Source: Chrysomallon squamiferum (lineage: Eukaryota; Animalia; Mollusca). From it: a stretch of DNA of 64,000 nucleotides. Location of the stretch: assembly GCA_012295275.1 (NCBI GenBank), contig CM022677.1, positions 20,274,001 through 20,338,000 on the forward strand. The letters run 5' to 3'. Within the stretch, counting starts at the first letter, position 1. Every line of letters starts with the position of its first letter. The notes below the pieces were generated by a model that was not told the origin of the DNA, made no database searches, and worked only from the letters and a program-made list of their open reading frames with translations. This document shows, in pieces, positions 53,075 through 64,000 of the stretch. The position numbers and the translations under genes were made by a program.

Positions 53075-53170
53075 AACGTTGTTATTTGGATTGCTTTCAT
53101 GGTGGTAAACCTAATTCTCAGTGTACTTCATGTTATGGGTGCTCTGGAAACTGGGGTGGACCTGCATGTA
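53075..53170 (+). CDS. Gene C EGF-like exon 14
   Basis: atttag|...|gtaaga, 96 bp: ERCYLDCFHGGKPNSQCTSCYGCSGNWGGPAC. Confidence 0.88.
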
Positions 53171-53560
53171 GTAAGAAAATATTCAAAGATTGGTTATTTT
53201 TTTTTTATATTTTAAATTGTGTTTATTTATCTACTGTTGTTGACCCATGAGTTAACTGTCTGTTGTTGTCATAATACAAGGTACAATGATTTTTTTATAT
53301 ATATATATCTAAAATAGATTATTTATTTACAAAAATCAGTAGGCAGTTATTAACACAGACTAATAGATAGAGAAAAGGTAGACAGAACTATGCAGATTAA
53401 ACAGATAGACAGACAGACAGACAGATAAGTAGATGCACACATTAATTATGTTTCTATTCAAATTTGTGATTGAATGTATTTGTGTGGAGTATATATATAT
53501 ATATATATATATATGTACATGCTGTTTTCTAGTAAGGCTTCTTTTCCTCTTTTTCTCTAG

Positions 53561-53626
53561 ATTCTTGTAATATGAGGTGTGGCCAGGGGACCAGACCCAA
53601 TTCTGATTGTAACAGATGCATTCCAG
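53561..53626 (+). CDS. Gene C exon 15: truncated 4-Cys module
   Basis: ctctag|...CCAG|gtgaat, 66 bp, in phase: xSCNMRCGQGTRPNSDCNRCIP. Confidence 0.75.
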
Positions 53627-53801
53627 GTGAATACCTCTTATACTACAATCACTACTTTCTTGTCTCCCTTTTCGATTCATACAACTACTACTACTACTAC
53701 TACTACTACTACAACTACAACTACTTCTACAGACTACAGTTGTCACTGCTACAACCACAGCTATTTTTCCACTTCCTTCATTCACTTCTGTTCTATAACA
53801 G

Positions 53802-53858
<57 letters not shown>

Positions 53859-53948
53859 TTAGTACTACACCTTCTACTAGTACTACAACACCTTCTAGTA
53901 CAGCTACTAGTTTCACTCTTTATTATTATTGCCATTTCTTCACTACCT

Positions 53949-53986
<38 letters not shown>

Positions 53987-54207
53987 GTTGCTATTACTGT
54001 TACCACTATTACTATTGCTGCTGCTTCTATGACTATACCATTACTGTGACTATTGCTGCTACTACTATTTCTATTATTATTATTATTTCTTATACTGCTG
54101 AAAGGTGACCCACATCTGGCCAGGTAAGATGCAGATCTCTGTGCCAGATGATGGCCATCTTTGTCTGTGTGTGTGTGTGTGTATATATATATATGTATAT
54201 TTAACAG

Positions 54208-54342
54208 GAGCAGGAGGAGGAGGAGGAGGGGGAGGTGGAGGTGGAGGAGGGGGATGCGTGCTGCGGTGTCTAAATGGAGGTTCTGCCAATTCTCAGTGTA
54301 CTTCCTGTCTGTGCACAGGTTTATGGCGAGGACCTACTTGTG
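54208..54342 (+). CDS. Gene C exon 16: poly-Gly linker + EGF-like module
   Basis: taacag|...|gtaaaa, 135 bp: GA-poly(G)-CVLRCLNGGSANSQCTSCLCTGLWRGPTC. Confidence 0.86.
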
Positions 54343-54367
54343 GTAAAAATACACATGTATACATTTA

Positions 54368-54447
<80 letters not shown>

Positions 54448-54534
54448 AATATACACACACACACATGTTTTTTTTCTTATTAGTTGTTTATGAACTGTGT
54501 TATGTCAGATCTGGATGTAAGTAGAATTCATAGC

Positions 54535-54895
54535 ATTGTGTGGTTAAAAAAAACTTTCATAGACAATTTATTGTGTGGTTAAAAAAAACTTTCATAGACA
54601 ATTTATTGTGTGGTTAACATAGACAATTTATTGTGTGGTTAAAAAAACTTTCATAGACAATTTATTGTGTGGTTAAAAAACCTTTCATAGGCAATTTATT
54701 ATTGTGGATTAAAAAATAGCATTTATTGTGTGGTTAAAAACCCTTTCATAGATAGTTCAAAATTTTCATAGGCAATTTATTGTGTGGTTAAAAAAACCTT
54801 TCATAGGCAATTTATTGTGTGGTAAAAAAATCATTCATAGACAATTTATTGTGTGGTAAAAAATCATTCATAGATAGTTTAATTTATTGTGGCAG
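54535..54895 (+). repeat. ~34 bp minisatellite resembling EGF exon donor junctions (aatttattgtgtggt(t/a)aaaaaactttcatagac)
   Basis: About 10 copies; unit resembles TGTG|gtaaaaaaatttattcataga after exon 17 and the repeats after exon 13. Confidence 0.8.
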
Positions 54896-54971
54896 AAAAC
54901 CATTGACAGAATTTGTGTGTGTGTTTGTTCATCACATGCAGGAATGATTGAAAGAATTTTATTTCATGTAG

Positions 54972-55064
54972 GAACTTGTTCTTTGAAGTGCCAAAATGGC
55001 AGACCTAATACTGCTTGTACTACTTGCTATGGATGTATTGGAAACTGGGCTGGACAGTTGTGCG
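54972..55064 (+). CDS. Gene C EGF-like exon 17
   Basis: atgtag|...|gtaaaa, 93 bp: GTCSLKCQNGRPNTACTTCYGCIGNWAGQLC. Confidence 0.87.
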
Positions 55065-55155
55065 GTAAAAAAATTTATTCATAGATTAAAAATATAAAAT
55101 TTAAAAAAATGTTATTTAGTATTTTTTTAACTACTGTAGACCCATGATATATATA

Positions 55156-55204
<49 letters not shown>

Positions 55205-55406
55205 AACTACTGCAGACCCATGATATATATGTATATGTAATAGATATAAATCAGTAGGCAGTTATAAATAGACAGACAATAGGTACAGTGATAGGTTATG
55301 TAGACAGAAATATATATATATATATATATAGACAGAGATATGAAAATATTACACGAATCATGTTTCTTTCATGTTTATGATTGCATGTATTTGTGTGTAT
55401 ATGTGT

Positions 55407-55437
<31 letters not shown>

Positions 55438-55489
55438 CTTTTTTTGCAGTAAGACGTACATCAATAAAATGGTTGTTATGTTTATTTAG

Positions 55490-55585
55490 AAATTTGTAAT
55501 ATAAGATGTGAGCATGGTGGCAGACACAACGAATTATGTACTGGATGTATTTCATGTTCGGGAAAATGGTCTGGAACCTTGTGTG
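55490..55585 (+). CDS. Gene C EGF-like exon 18
   Basis: atttag|...|gtaatg, 96 bp: EICNIRCEHGGRHNELCTGCISCSGKWSGTLC. Confidence 0.88.
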
Positions 55586-55666
55586 GTAATGCATAATAGA
55601 TACATACTATTATTATATTTATTATTGCTGCTATTATGATTATTATTATTATTATTATTATTACTG

Positions 55667-55707
<41 letters not shown>

Positions 55708-56033
55708 TTAATTACTGTCATTATTGTTATCATTATCATTTATTTATTTATTTATTTATTGACAGTTATTTACAGAGTCCATTTATATTGATCTACTGCA
55801 TATTTCAGTTATTTGTTTAAAGTTGTTTATCTATCTGTATATCTATAAATCTATATATCCATATCTATATGTGTATATATCTATATCTATATATATATAT
55901 GTATATATCTATCTATCTGTCTATATCTATATGTGATGTTATTTGATGTTTCATTCTGTTGATAAAACATGTGAAAAGCTGTTGGGTTGCTTTGACAGGA
56001 CATTCTAATAAGCTGATTATTTATTTTGTTCAG

Positions 56034-56129
56034 ACACTTGTGAGCTGAGATGTCAGCACAATGGTTTGCCTAATGTTTACTGCACTAGCTGTACACAGTG
56101 CAGTGGAAATTGGCAGGGAACACTATGTG
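56034..56129 (+). CDS. Gene C EGF-like exon 19
   Basis: gttcag|...|gtaata, 96 bp: DTCELRCQHNGLPNVYCTSCTQCSGNWQGTLC. Confidence 0.88.
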
Positions 56130-56158
56130 GTAATAGCACCTTTGTAAAATTACTGTTT

Positions 56159-56226
<68 letters not shown>

Positions 56227-56499
56227 TTGATTATTGTCTCTGTAAATACATACACATATATATGTGTATGTATTTTCATTTTGTAAAACGAGAAGTCATT
56301 ATTGTGAGTTGTTTTTAATGTTCATTTTTTTGTAAGATGTTTTTTTGGTTGTTGGAAAAAGAAGTAATTATTGTGGTAGGTTTGTAAAATGAAGATTATA
56401 GTTGTGAGATTTTGTTGTTAGAATGCGAAGTGAGAATTCGTTATTCTGAATTGTTTCATTTATTATTATTATTATTATTATTAATATTATTATTATTAT

Positions 56500-56530
<31 letters not shown>

Positions 56531-56795
56531 ATTATTATTTTATTTTTTATTTATTTTATTTTTCGGAATCAGAAGTCATTGTGAACTGTTTTGTTTATTT
56601 ATTTCTCATTTTTATTTATTTATTTAGTTATTTTTCATTTTTATTTTATAAATTATAATTTTTTTTATTTGTGAAAAGAGAAGTCAGTATTGTTAAATAA
56701 GGAGTCACTGATTCTTTTACTTAACTGCTTTTGTTTTACTTCATCTTTCAGATATTTATCTCTTCTATTTTTCTGTACACTTTGTTTTTATTCAG

Positions 56796-56891
56796 AGCGA
56801 TGTTCTTTGAACTGTGCCCATGGAAGCAAACCTAATGCACAATGTACTGGATGTACCACATGTCCTGGAAAATGGACTGGAAGTTCATGTG
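56796..56891 (+). CDS. Gene C EGF-like exon 20
   Basis: attcag|...|gtaaaa, 96 bp: ERCSLNCAHGSKPNAQCTGCTTCPGKWTGSSC. Confidence 0.88.
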
Positions 56892-57218
56892 GTAAAACAT
56901 ACATACATACATACATACATACATACATACATACAAATATGTTTAAGTATGTACATACATATGTACATTTATGCATAGGTACTTATAGAGATGTGTTTAC
57001 ACAAACACACACACACACACACACACACACATGCATATATCTTGGATGCATTTGATGAGCTTTTTTTTTTATAAACTTAGATACCAAAATAATATTTGTA
57101 TACACGAAGATAGACGTAAATCTTATTTGTTTTACTACCTGTATGAAGTGTTTTGCCTCTGTTTGTTCAGTGGCATCCCATCTACGGAATTAACAAACTG
57201 TCTTCTTTATTTGTTTAG

Positions 57219-57315
57219 ATATTTGTGGACTGCGATGTCTACATGGTGGCAAACCCAATTCTGGCTGCACCAACCTGTGACGAGTGTACTGGTCTCTGGC
57301 GCGGAATTGAGTGTG
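57219..57315 (+). CDS. Gene C EGF-like exon 21 (97 bp, +1 frameshift)
   Basis: gtttag|DICGLRCLHGGKPNSGCTN(+c)CDECTGLWRGIEC|gtaaat. Confidence 0.7.
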
Positions 57316-57414
57316 GTAAATAGAAAAACATTGATACCTCTGTTAGCTTTTATTGTGTAGTAGTTGTTCTTCTCCTTACTGCATCTTCTTTACATATCCA
57401 TCAAACGCCATCTT

Positions 57415-59010
57415 TGTATTAATCATAATTCACTTTTATTAATTATCATTCACTTGTATGAATTATCATTCACTTGTATGAATTATCATACACTTGTATT
57501 AATTATCATACACTTGTATTAATTATCATTCACTTGTATGAATTATCATACACTTGTATTAATTATCATTCATTTGTATTAATTATTGTTTACTTCTATT
57601 ATCATACACTTGTATTACTTACCATTCATTTGTATTAACATATACTTCTATTAATTATCATTCATATATATTAATCATCCTTTTATAATTATGTTATCAT
57701 TCACTTGTGTTATCATATACTTATACTAATTATCAGTAATCATTCACTTATACTAATAATCGTTCACTTTTATTATCATTTACTTATATTATCACTGACT
57801 TCTATTATCATTCAGTTATATTAATGATCATTCACTTGTATTAATTATTATTTACTTACATTAATTATCGTTCATTTCTTTTATCATTCACTTGTATCAA
57901 TTATCCTTTGCTTCTACTGTCATTCACTTGTATTAGCATACACTTGTATAAGATACACTTGTATTATCATACTAATTATCCTTTACTTGTACTCTCATTC
58001 ACTTGTATTAGCATTTGTTATCATACCCTTGTATTATCATACCCATATACTAATTATCATTTACATATTTATTATCATTCACTTGTATTATCTTTTACTT
58101 GTGTTAGCATAGACTTGTGTTATCATACTCGTGTACTAATTATAATTTACTTCTATAATCATTCACTTGTATTATCATACACTTACATAATTATCATTCA
58201 CTTGTATTATTGAATTCTATTATCTTTCACTTATATTACTATTTAGTTATATTATCATTCATATCTGTTATCATTCACTTACATCAATTATCCTTTACTT
58301 CTACTGTCCTTCTAACAGGATTCTCTAAATGTTGATTTAGTGCATTTTGAAAATTCTGTGGAATTATTCCATTAGTGTTTCTGAATGAAAGTATAATTAC
58401 TTGTATTATCATACACTTGTATTATCATATCCATGTATCATTTACTTATATTATCATTCACTTGTATTATCAATTATTTGTATATGACATACACTTGTAT
58501 TATAATTTACTTCTACTATCTAGTCACTTGTAGTGCACTTACATAATTATCATTCACTTGCATTAACATCCATTTCTATTATCATTTATTTTATTATCTT
58601 TGAGTCCTATTATCATTCACTTGTATCTATAATCATTCACTGGTATCAATTATCATTCACATTTGTTATAATACACTTATATTAATTATCATACATATGT
58701 ATTAATTATCCTTTACTTCTGTTATCATTATGTATTAATTATCATCCTCGTGTATTATCATCCACTTAGATTAGTTATCATTCACTTGTATTATCATACA
58801 TTTACATTAATCATCATTCACTTGTTTCAGTAATCATTCATTTTATCAGTTATCATCCATGTGTATTCATTATCAGTCACTTGTATCATCTTATACAACT
58901 TACATTATTCGCTTGTGCCACTTATCATTCAGTTGTATGAGTTATCATTCATTTGTGCCAGTTATTATTAACTGGCATTTGTTAACATTCACTTGTATTA
59001 ATTATTGTCA
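57415..59010. repeat. Degenerate ~20 bp AT-rich satellite (aattatcattcacttgtatt)
   Basis: Many diverged copies; also includes a duplicated ~90 bp block (58315-58395 vs 59072-59152). Confidence 0.85.
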
Positions 59011-60074
59011 AGTAATCAAAACAGTTTTGATATTTTAGTAAAAGCTGCATGTTTAGGGTTGTTTTCCTTCAACAGGATTTTCTAGAAGTTGATTTAGTGC
59101 ACTTTGAAAACTCACTGGAATTTTCTGTTAGTGTTTGTGAATGAAAGTATAAAGTTCATTATTTCTGTTTTGTGAGTCACATGTTAAATAGAAAAATATC
59201 CTCCTCTCAGTTTTCTGCATTAGATAATGTGAATGCTAGACATAATGTGTGTATATGTATATGTGTATGTATGTATGTTTTAGTATATATATGTTTCTGA
59301 GGTGTGTGTGTTTGGATGTGTCTATAAATTGTGTGTGTATATGTATGTGTGTGTTAGTGTATATATGTTTCTGAGGTGTGTGTGTTTGGATGTGTCTATA
59401 AATTGTATGTGAATGTGTGTGTATGAATGTGTGTTTTAGTGTATATATGTTTCTGAGGTTTGGGTGTGCAAGTGTTCCTGTATCTCTATATGTGTATGTG
59501 ATTAGTTTTTTTTTTCATTGATGACTTTGTTTAATTGTTTATTACAGAATTTTTGCTGAACAGATACACATTAACAAAAGAATGTAAACTACATCAAGTC
59601 TATCACCTGTTTTTTCAACCTGGCATGTTTCTTTGTTTTTATTTAGACAGAAAGACTCTTCTATGTCTGTCATCAGAGATACAAATTAACAAGATAATTT
59701 ATTTAATTTTATATATGTATACTAGTGTGTATTTGTCTCATTGTAATATTACATTGCTGGATATTAGTCTTTACAGATGTAAATATATAGCACTAAAAAA
59801 TTAACTACAGCAGTTGGTAAGTTTATATTGTTGTTACAAGTCTACAACAGTAATTTGGAGTTTTCTACTGACTCCTTTATTTATATTCTTAATATGATTA
59901 TAAATAAATAAAATAAATAAATAAATAAATAAATAAATATTGTTGCTCACCATTAAAATGATTATAAATAAATAAATAAATAAATAAGTAAATAAATCAA
60001 ACAAACAAACAAATAAATAAATACTGTTGCTCACCACGAATTTTGACAAAGGTTTTAACCCTTTTTGTGATCTT

Positions 60075-60365
60075 AGCAAGATATCTTGTCACACTAGAAG
60101 ACTGCAGTTGTAAGATATCTCAACATGTTAGAATACAGCCGTTGGCAAGATGTCATAACATGCTACAATACTGCCATTAATAAGATATCTCAACATGCTA
60201 GAAGGCTGCCATTAATAAGATATCTCGACATTGTAGAAGTCTGCCATTGGTAAGATATCTCAACATGAAACAAGAATGCCACTGAAAGACATCTTGGCAT
60301 GCTACAAGACTGCCACTTTCAACATATCTCAGACGAGTGCAGTTGCAAGCTATCTTGACATAGCA
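60075..60365. repeat. Degenerate ~35 bp minisatellite (aagatatctcaacatgctagaagactgccattggt)
   Basis: About 8 diverged copies. Confidence 0.8.
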
Positions 60366-60552
60366 CACTATTTACTACAGGGGTGAGGATAGATAATTTC
60401 CTCCAGAACACACAGCACTGGGGAGTAGGAATGCAATAGGGTTAATACATAAATGCAGATAACAGTGATTATATACAATAAAGACTGTGCTTGTCCTTTA
60501 TTTATAGTCTTTGTTCAGGAATATACTGGCAAATTCTTCAATTTGATTTACA

Positions 60553-60638
60553 TCATTGTACTTTGACTTGTCAACATGATGGTAGACCTGATTCTCAATG
60601 TAGTGGATGTACTGGAAAGTGGGTTGGAAATATATGAG
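60553..60638 (+). pseudogene. Decayed EGF-like pseudo-exon of gene C
   Basis: HCTLTCQHDGRPDSQCSGCTGKWVGNI* : final Cys TGT->TGA, one CxxC step missing, acceptor AG lost (tttacat), donor gtaatt retained. Confidence 0.72.
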
Positions 60639-61099
60639 GTAATTATTTTTTTTTATGTGATGCATTATTTTCCTCTATTTAAGTATTATTTTCCTCTATT
60701 TAAGTATTTGTGGCTAGTTTCAGTTTTTAATCACATTCAATACGACCACTTCTTTCTGGTTAATATTTCTGTTAGTTTTAGTTTATCTAGATGAGCACTT
60801 TATGTTAATTATGCATGAATGAATGCATGGTGGTTGTGCATAGGTATGAAAGCTAAAATAATATTGATACTAAATGTTCATGTATATATAACGAAGCTGT
60901 GTACGCACACACACACACACATGTGCATGTATGTATACAAACACATTAAAAGTTATTTATTTGGTTCAGAGTATTGTACTTTGTGTTGTGAACATAGAGA
61001 CATATTAACGAACTGTATATTTGTTTTATTCAGAAAATTGTAATTTGTGTTGTCAACATGTATACATATTAACAAACTCTGTATTTGTTTTATTCACAG

Positions 61100-61193
61100 T
61101 ATTGTACTTTGCACTGTCAACATGGTGGAACAGCTGGTTGTCTGTGTGATTGAAGAAATAGAAGCACTGGATGCTGGGGTGGAAACACGAATG
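61100..61193 (+). pseudogene. Decayed EGF-like pseudo-exon of gene C, preceded by two partial acceptor+start copies (60960-61060)
   Basis: YCTLHCQHGGTAGCLCD*RNRSTGCWGGNTN|gtaata, in-frame stop and lost cysteines. Confidence 0.7.
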
Positions 61194-61386
61194 GTAATAA
61201 AAACATAAAAGAAATTCAACAAAACGTTCACATTTGATTTGTGTTTCAAAAATTGTCATCATCATCAACAGTATTTTTTTCTTTTATTATTTATTTATTT
61301 TTTTTTTTTTTTTTTTTTTTTTTATTGTTTTTTTATTATTATTGTTGTTATTGTTATTGTTATTGTTATTATTGTTATTGTTATTA

Positions 61387-61423
<37 letters not shown>

Positions 61424-61569
61424 CTTCAAAAATATTATCGTCATCATTATCGTCATAATTTTTATTTTATTTATTTATTTATTTAGTTTCATTTTTAATT
61501 AATTTAACTGACAGATGACTGTCATATTAACAACTGTTGCACATGACGAGTGAATCTTCCCAAGATAGT

Positions 61570-62075
61570 GTCTAAATGGACAAGCAGATCATCCTAAATG
61601 GACAAGTAAATAATCTCAAGTACTTGCACAGATAGATAAATAGACATCCCAAGTACTCACAGTACTTGTTTGAATAGACAAGTAGACCATCTCAAAGTAC
61701 TTGTTTGAATAGACAAGTTGATCTTCTCACAGTACTTGGTTGAAGAGACAAGTAGATTATGTCAGGTACATGTTTGAATGGACAAGTAGATCATCTGAAG
61801 TACGTCTTTGTACGGACAAGTAGATCATCTCAAGACTTGTTTGAATAGACAAGTCGATCATCTCAAATACGCGTTTGAATAGACAAGTCGATCATCTCAA
61901 ATACGTGTTTGAATAGACAAGTAGATCATCTTAAAGTACTTTTCTGAATGGATAGGAAGATCATCTCCATTATTTCTGTACACAAGCAGATCATATGAAT
62001 TACTTGTTTGAAGAGACATGTAGATCATCTCTGAGTATTTACTTAATGGACGAGTAGATCATACAAAGTATATGC
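61570..62075. repeat. ~35 bp minisatellite (gaatagacaagtagatcatctcaaagtacttgttt)
   Basis: About 14 copies; resumes at 62586-62640 after the transposon relic. Confidence 0.85.
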
Positions 62076-62099
62076 TCAAATTAATAAATAGGTTGTCCA

Positions 62100-62585
62100 G
62101 TGTACTTATCTGACACACGAACGCCACTCTCATGTTTTGCAATTATTTCTTTCTTAACCTCTACTGTGATACGTTTATACTTTCCACCAGCAATATCGCT
62201 TTCACTTTTTGTTTTCTTGGGCGCAGTATTGGATAGGGTATAATAATTAAAAAAAATATATATACACATAAAAGCAGCAAACCTTTCAAATTTGCGAGCG
62301 CACAATCTCAATGCAAAAGGTATTGAGCTGCAACTGCGTATCGAAGACTAAAGGCCCCAATTCATGATATATATTTACTGTAGGGCATGCCTATAATCCT
62401 TACTTTGACCTCGGTTTTGACGTAAGCATCTATTGTTATCTTTACTAGATGCTGACGTCAAAACCGAAGTCAAAAGAAAGCTTGTCGTGGCGCGTCGCTG
62501 TAGTTCGTAACTGTAGTTCGTAAGATCACGGTTCGTAATCCGATTTGTTCGTACATCGAGGCGATCGTAACTCGAGGTTCTACTG
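62100..62585 (-). mobile_element. Truncated pogo/Tigger-like DNA transposon relic
   Basis: Minus-strand TA|CAGTAGAACCTCGAGTTACGA TIR at 62585; peptide APKKTK..KRITVEVKKEIIAKHESGVRVSD resembles the CENP-B/psq-type N-terminal HTH of Tigger transposases. Confidence 0.78.
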
Positions 62586-62754
62586 TACTTTTCTGAGTGC
62601 GGACAAATTGATCATCCAAAGTATTTGCCCATTTGGACAAATAAGCCAGATTTGTGCAGTAGAACAGTGAAACTTACAGATGTCATAGTATTGGGTAACA
62701 TGAGAAGAAGAAGAAAAAAAACCCAACAAAACAATAATAATAATAAAATTAAAT

Positions 62755-62889
62755 TAAACAAACGTGGCATTGAAAACTAACAATGTCTTAATTAGAGTCA
62801 TTTCCTTTAGACCATATAGAAATCGAATATAATTTACAAATAAGAAAACTAACGGAACCATTGGTTTAAATTTAAGATATGTTTCTTTT

Positions 62890-62930
<41 letters not shown>

Positions 62931-63305
62931 ATAAAAACTATAAATAAATAAATAAATAAATAATAATAATATAATAAAAGAACCATTAAATTTTTATTTA
63001 TTTATCATCTATTACACTAAATATACATACAATAGGAAAAATAACTTTTGCTGAGATAAAAATATTCGTTCATTATTATTATTATTACAAAATGGCGGTA
63101 ATAAAAACGTAAAATATCTGAAAATTAATTAGGTCAAATTAAACTAAAATTCTTCAGAGTACAACTAAAATATTCGACATTGTTATTTTATACAAAGAAT
63201 GCTCCCAGTGTCTATAAACAAATATGGCGTCGTGTCACATGCAGACGAAAACAAATGTGAATGTGTATTCACAGTATTTTATTTAGATTAGTTTGAAAAG
63301 ATGAA
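62755..63305 (+). other. Diverged duplicate of gene C upstream (38748-38872) and first-intron (39525-39730) sequence
   Basis: Shared blocks: aatgtcttaattagagt.atttcc.ttaga, tatctgaaaattaatta.gtcaa, aacaaatatggcgtcgtgt, tattcacagtatt. Confidence 0.85.
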
Positions 63306-64000
63306 AATGAATTTTAAAAAATCGTTTTATTTCTCATTATTTTCAGTTTCTAAAATCATTATTTTTGTTTATTCCTTTTTTTTCTTCGGCTAGAATTCTA
63401 TTTACCGTAAATTATACACGAAATCCATTCTCTATCAATTTTGAGTCCGGTTATCCAAAGCTCTTGTAGCTTAATTACTAGTTTATGATAAATTTCAAAT
63501 TTTGTTTAATAATAATTTTCTTAGACTCTGAATTACATCATAAATGCACCAAGTATAAGAAATAAATTCATTAAGACGGACTTTGTGAGCATTGCTTATT
63601 GGAATTTAAGAAATCTGGAAATGTAAAACATCAGACATTTTATTTATTTATTTATTTATTTATTAGGTTTACTGTACGTTTTCCCCAGCATATCGTTAAT
63701 AAAAACTGTCTGTGTGCGTGCGTGTGCGTGAGATACATATATCAAAGATATTTTTATTTTGCCTTCTCAAATTTCTGTGTATGCCGGCAACATGTAGAAT
63801 CAATGTCAGTACATTAAACTGAAAATAAATAGACGCAAAAATAAAGAAAAAACAAAAAAGATAAAAATATGCAGAGATGATGATGCTATTATTGTTTTCA
63901 CAACAGCAAAAGCATCACCTCTGTTAATAATTACAACAATACTGATGATATTCTACTACTGCAGCTGCTACGTGCAGCAAAAACAGCAGAATAATAATAG

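Overview
Eukaryotic (animal) genomic DNA, AT-rich and very dense in microsatellites. The repeat landscape suggests an invertebrate such as a mollusc/cephalopod, but that is inference. Most ORF-track entries are microsatellite noise. The real content is a cluster of three paralogous multi-exon genes with one architecture: a short 5' UTR exon; one large exon encoding signal peptide + LRRNT + LRRs + LRRCT; then a long array of ~90-100 bp phase 1-1 exons, each encoding one compact 6-Cys EGF-like module (C-x2/3-C-x-[NH]GG-x5-C-x2-C-x1/2-C-x3-W-x-G-x2-C). Gene A (- strand, ~12190 to <1) has 10 modules in the window and runs off the left edge. Gene B (- strand, ~34470 to 15517) is complete: LRR + 17 EGF-like modules + TM exon + short tail with NPxF and a C-terminal PDZ-type motif (~1080 aa), with a 1-bp frameshift in the LRR exon. 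Gene C (+ strand, ~39190 to ~61200, head-to-head with B) has a shorter LRR exon and 21 modules including Gly-rich linker exons, followed by decayed pseudo-exons and no visible TM exon. Several intronic minisatellites are built from the splice sites of the adjacent EGF exons. MITEs, a Tigger/pogo relic and a duplicate of gene C's 5' region are also present. All exon coordinates were read by hand and are unverified by RNA data.
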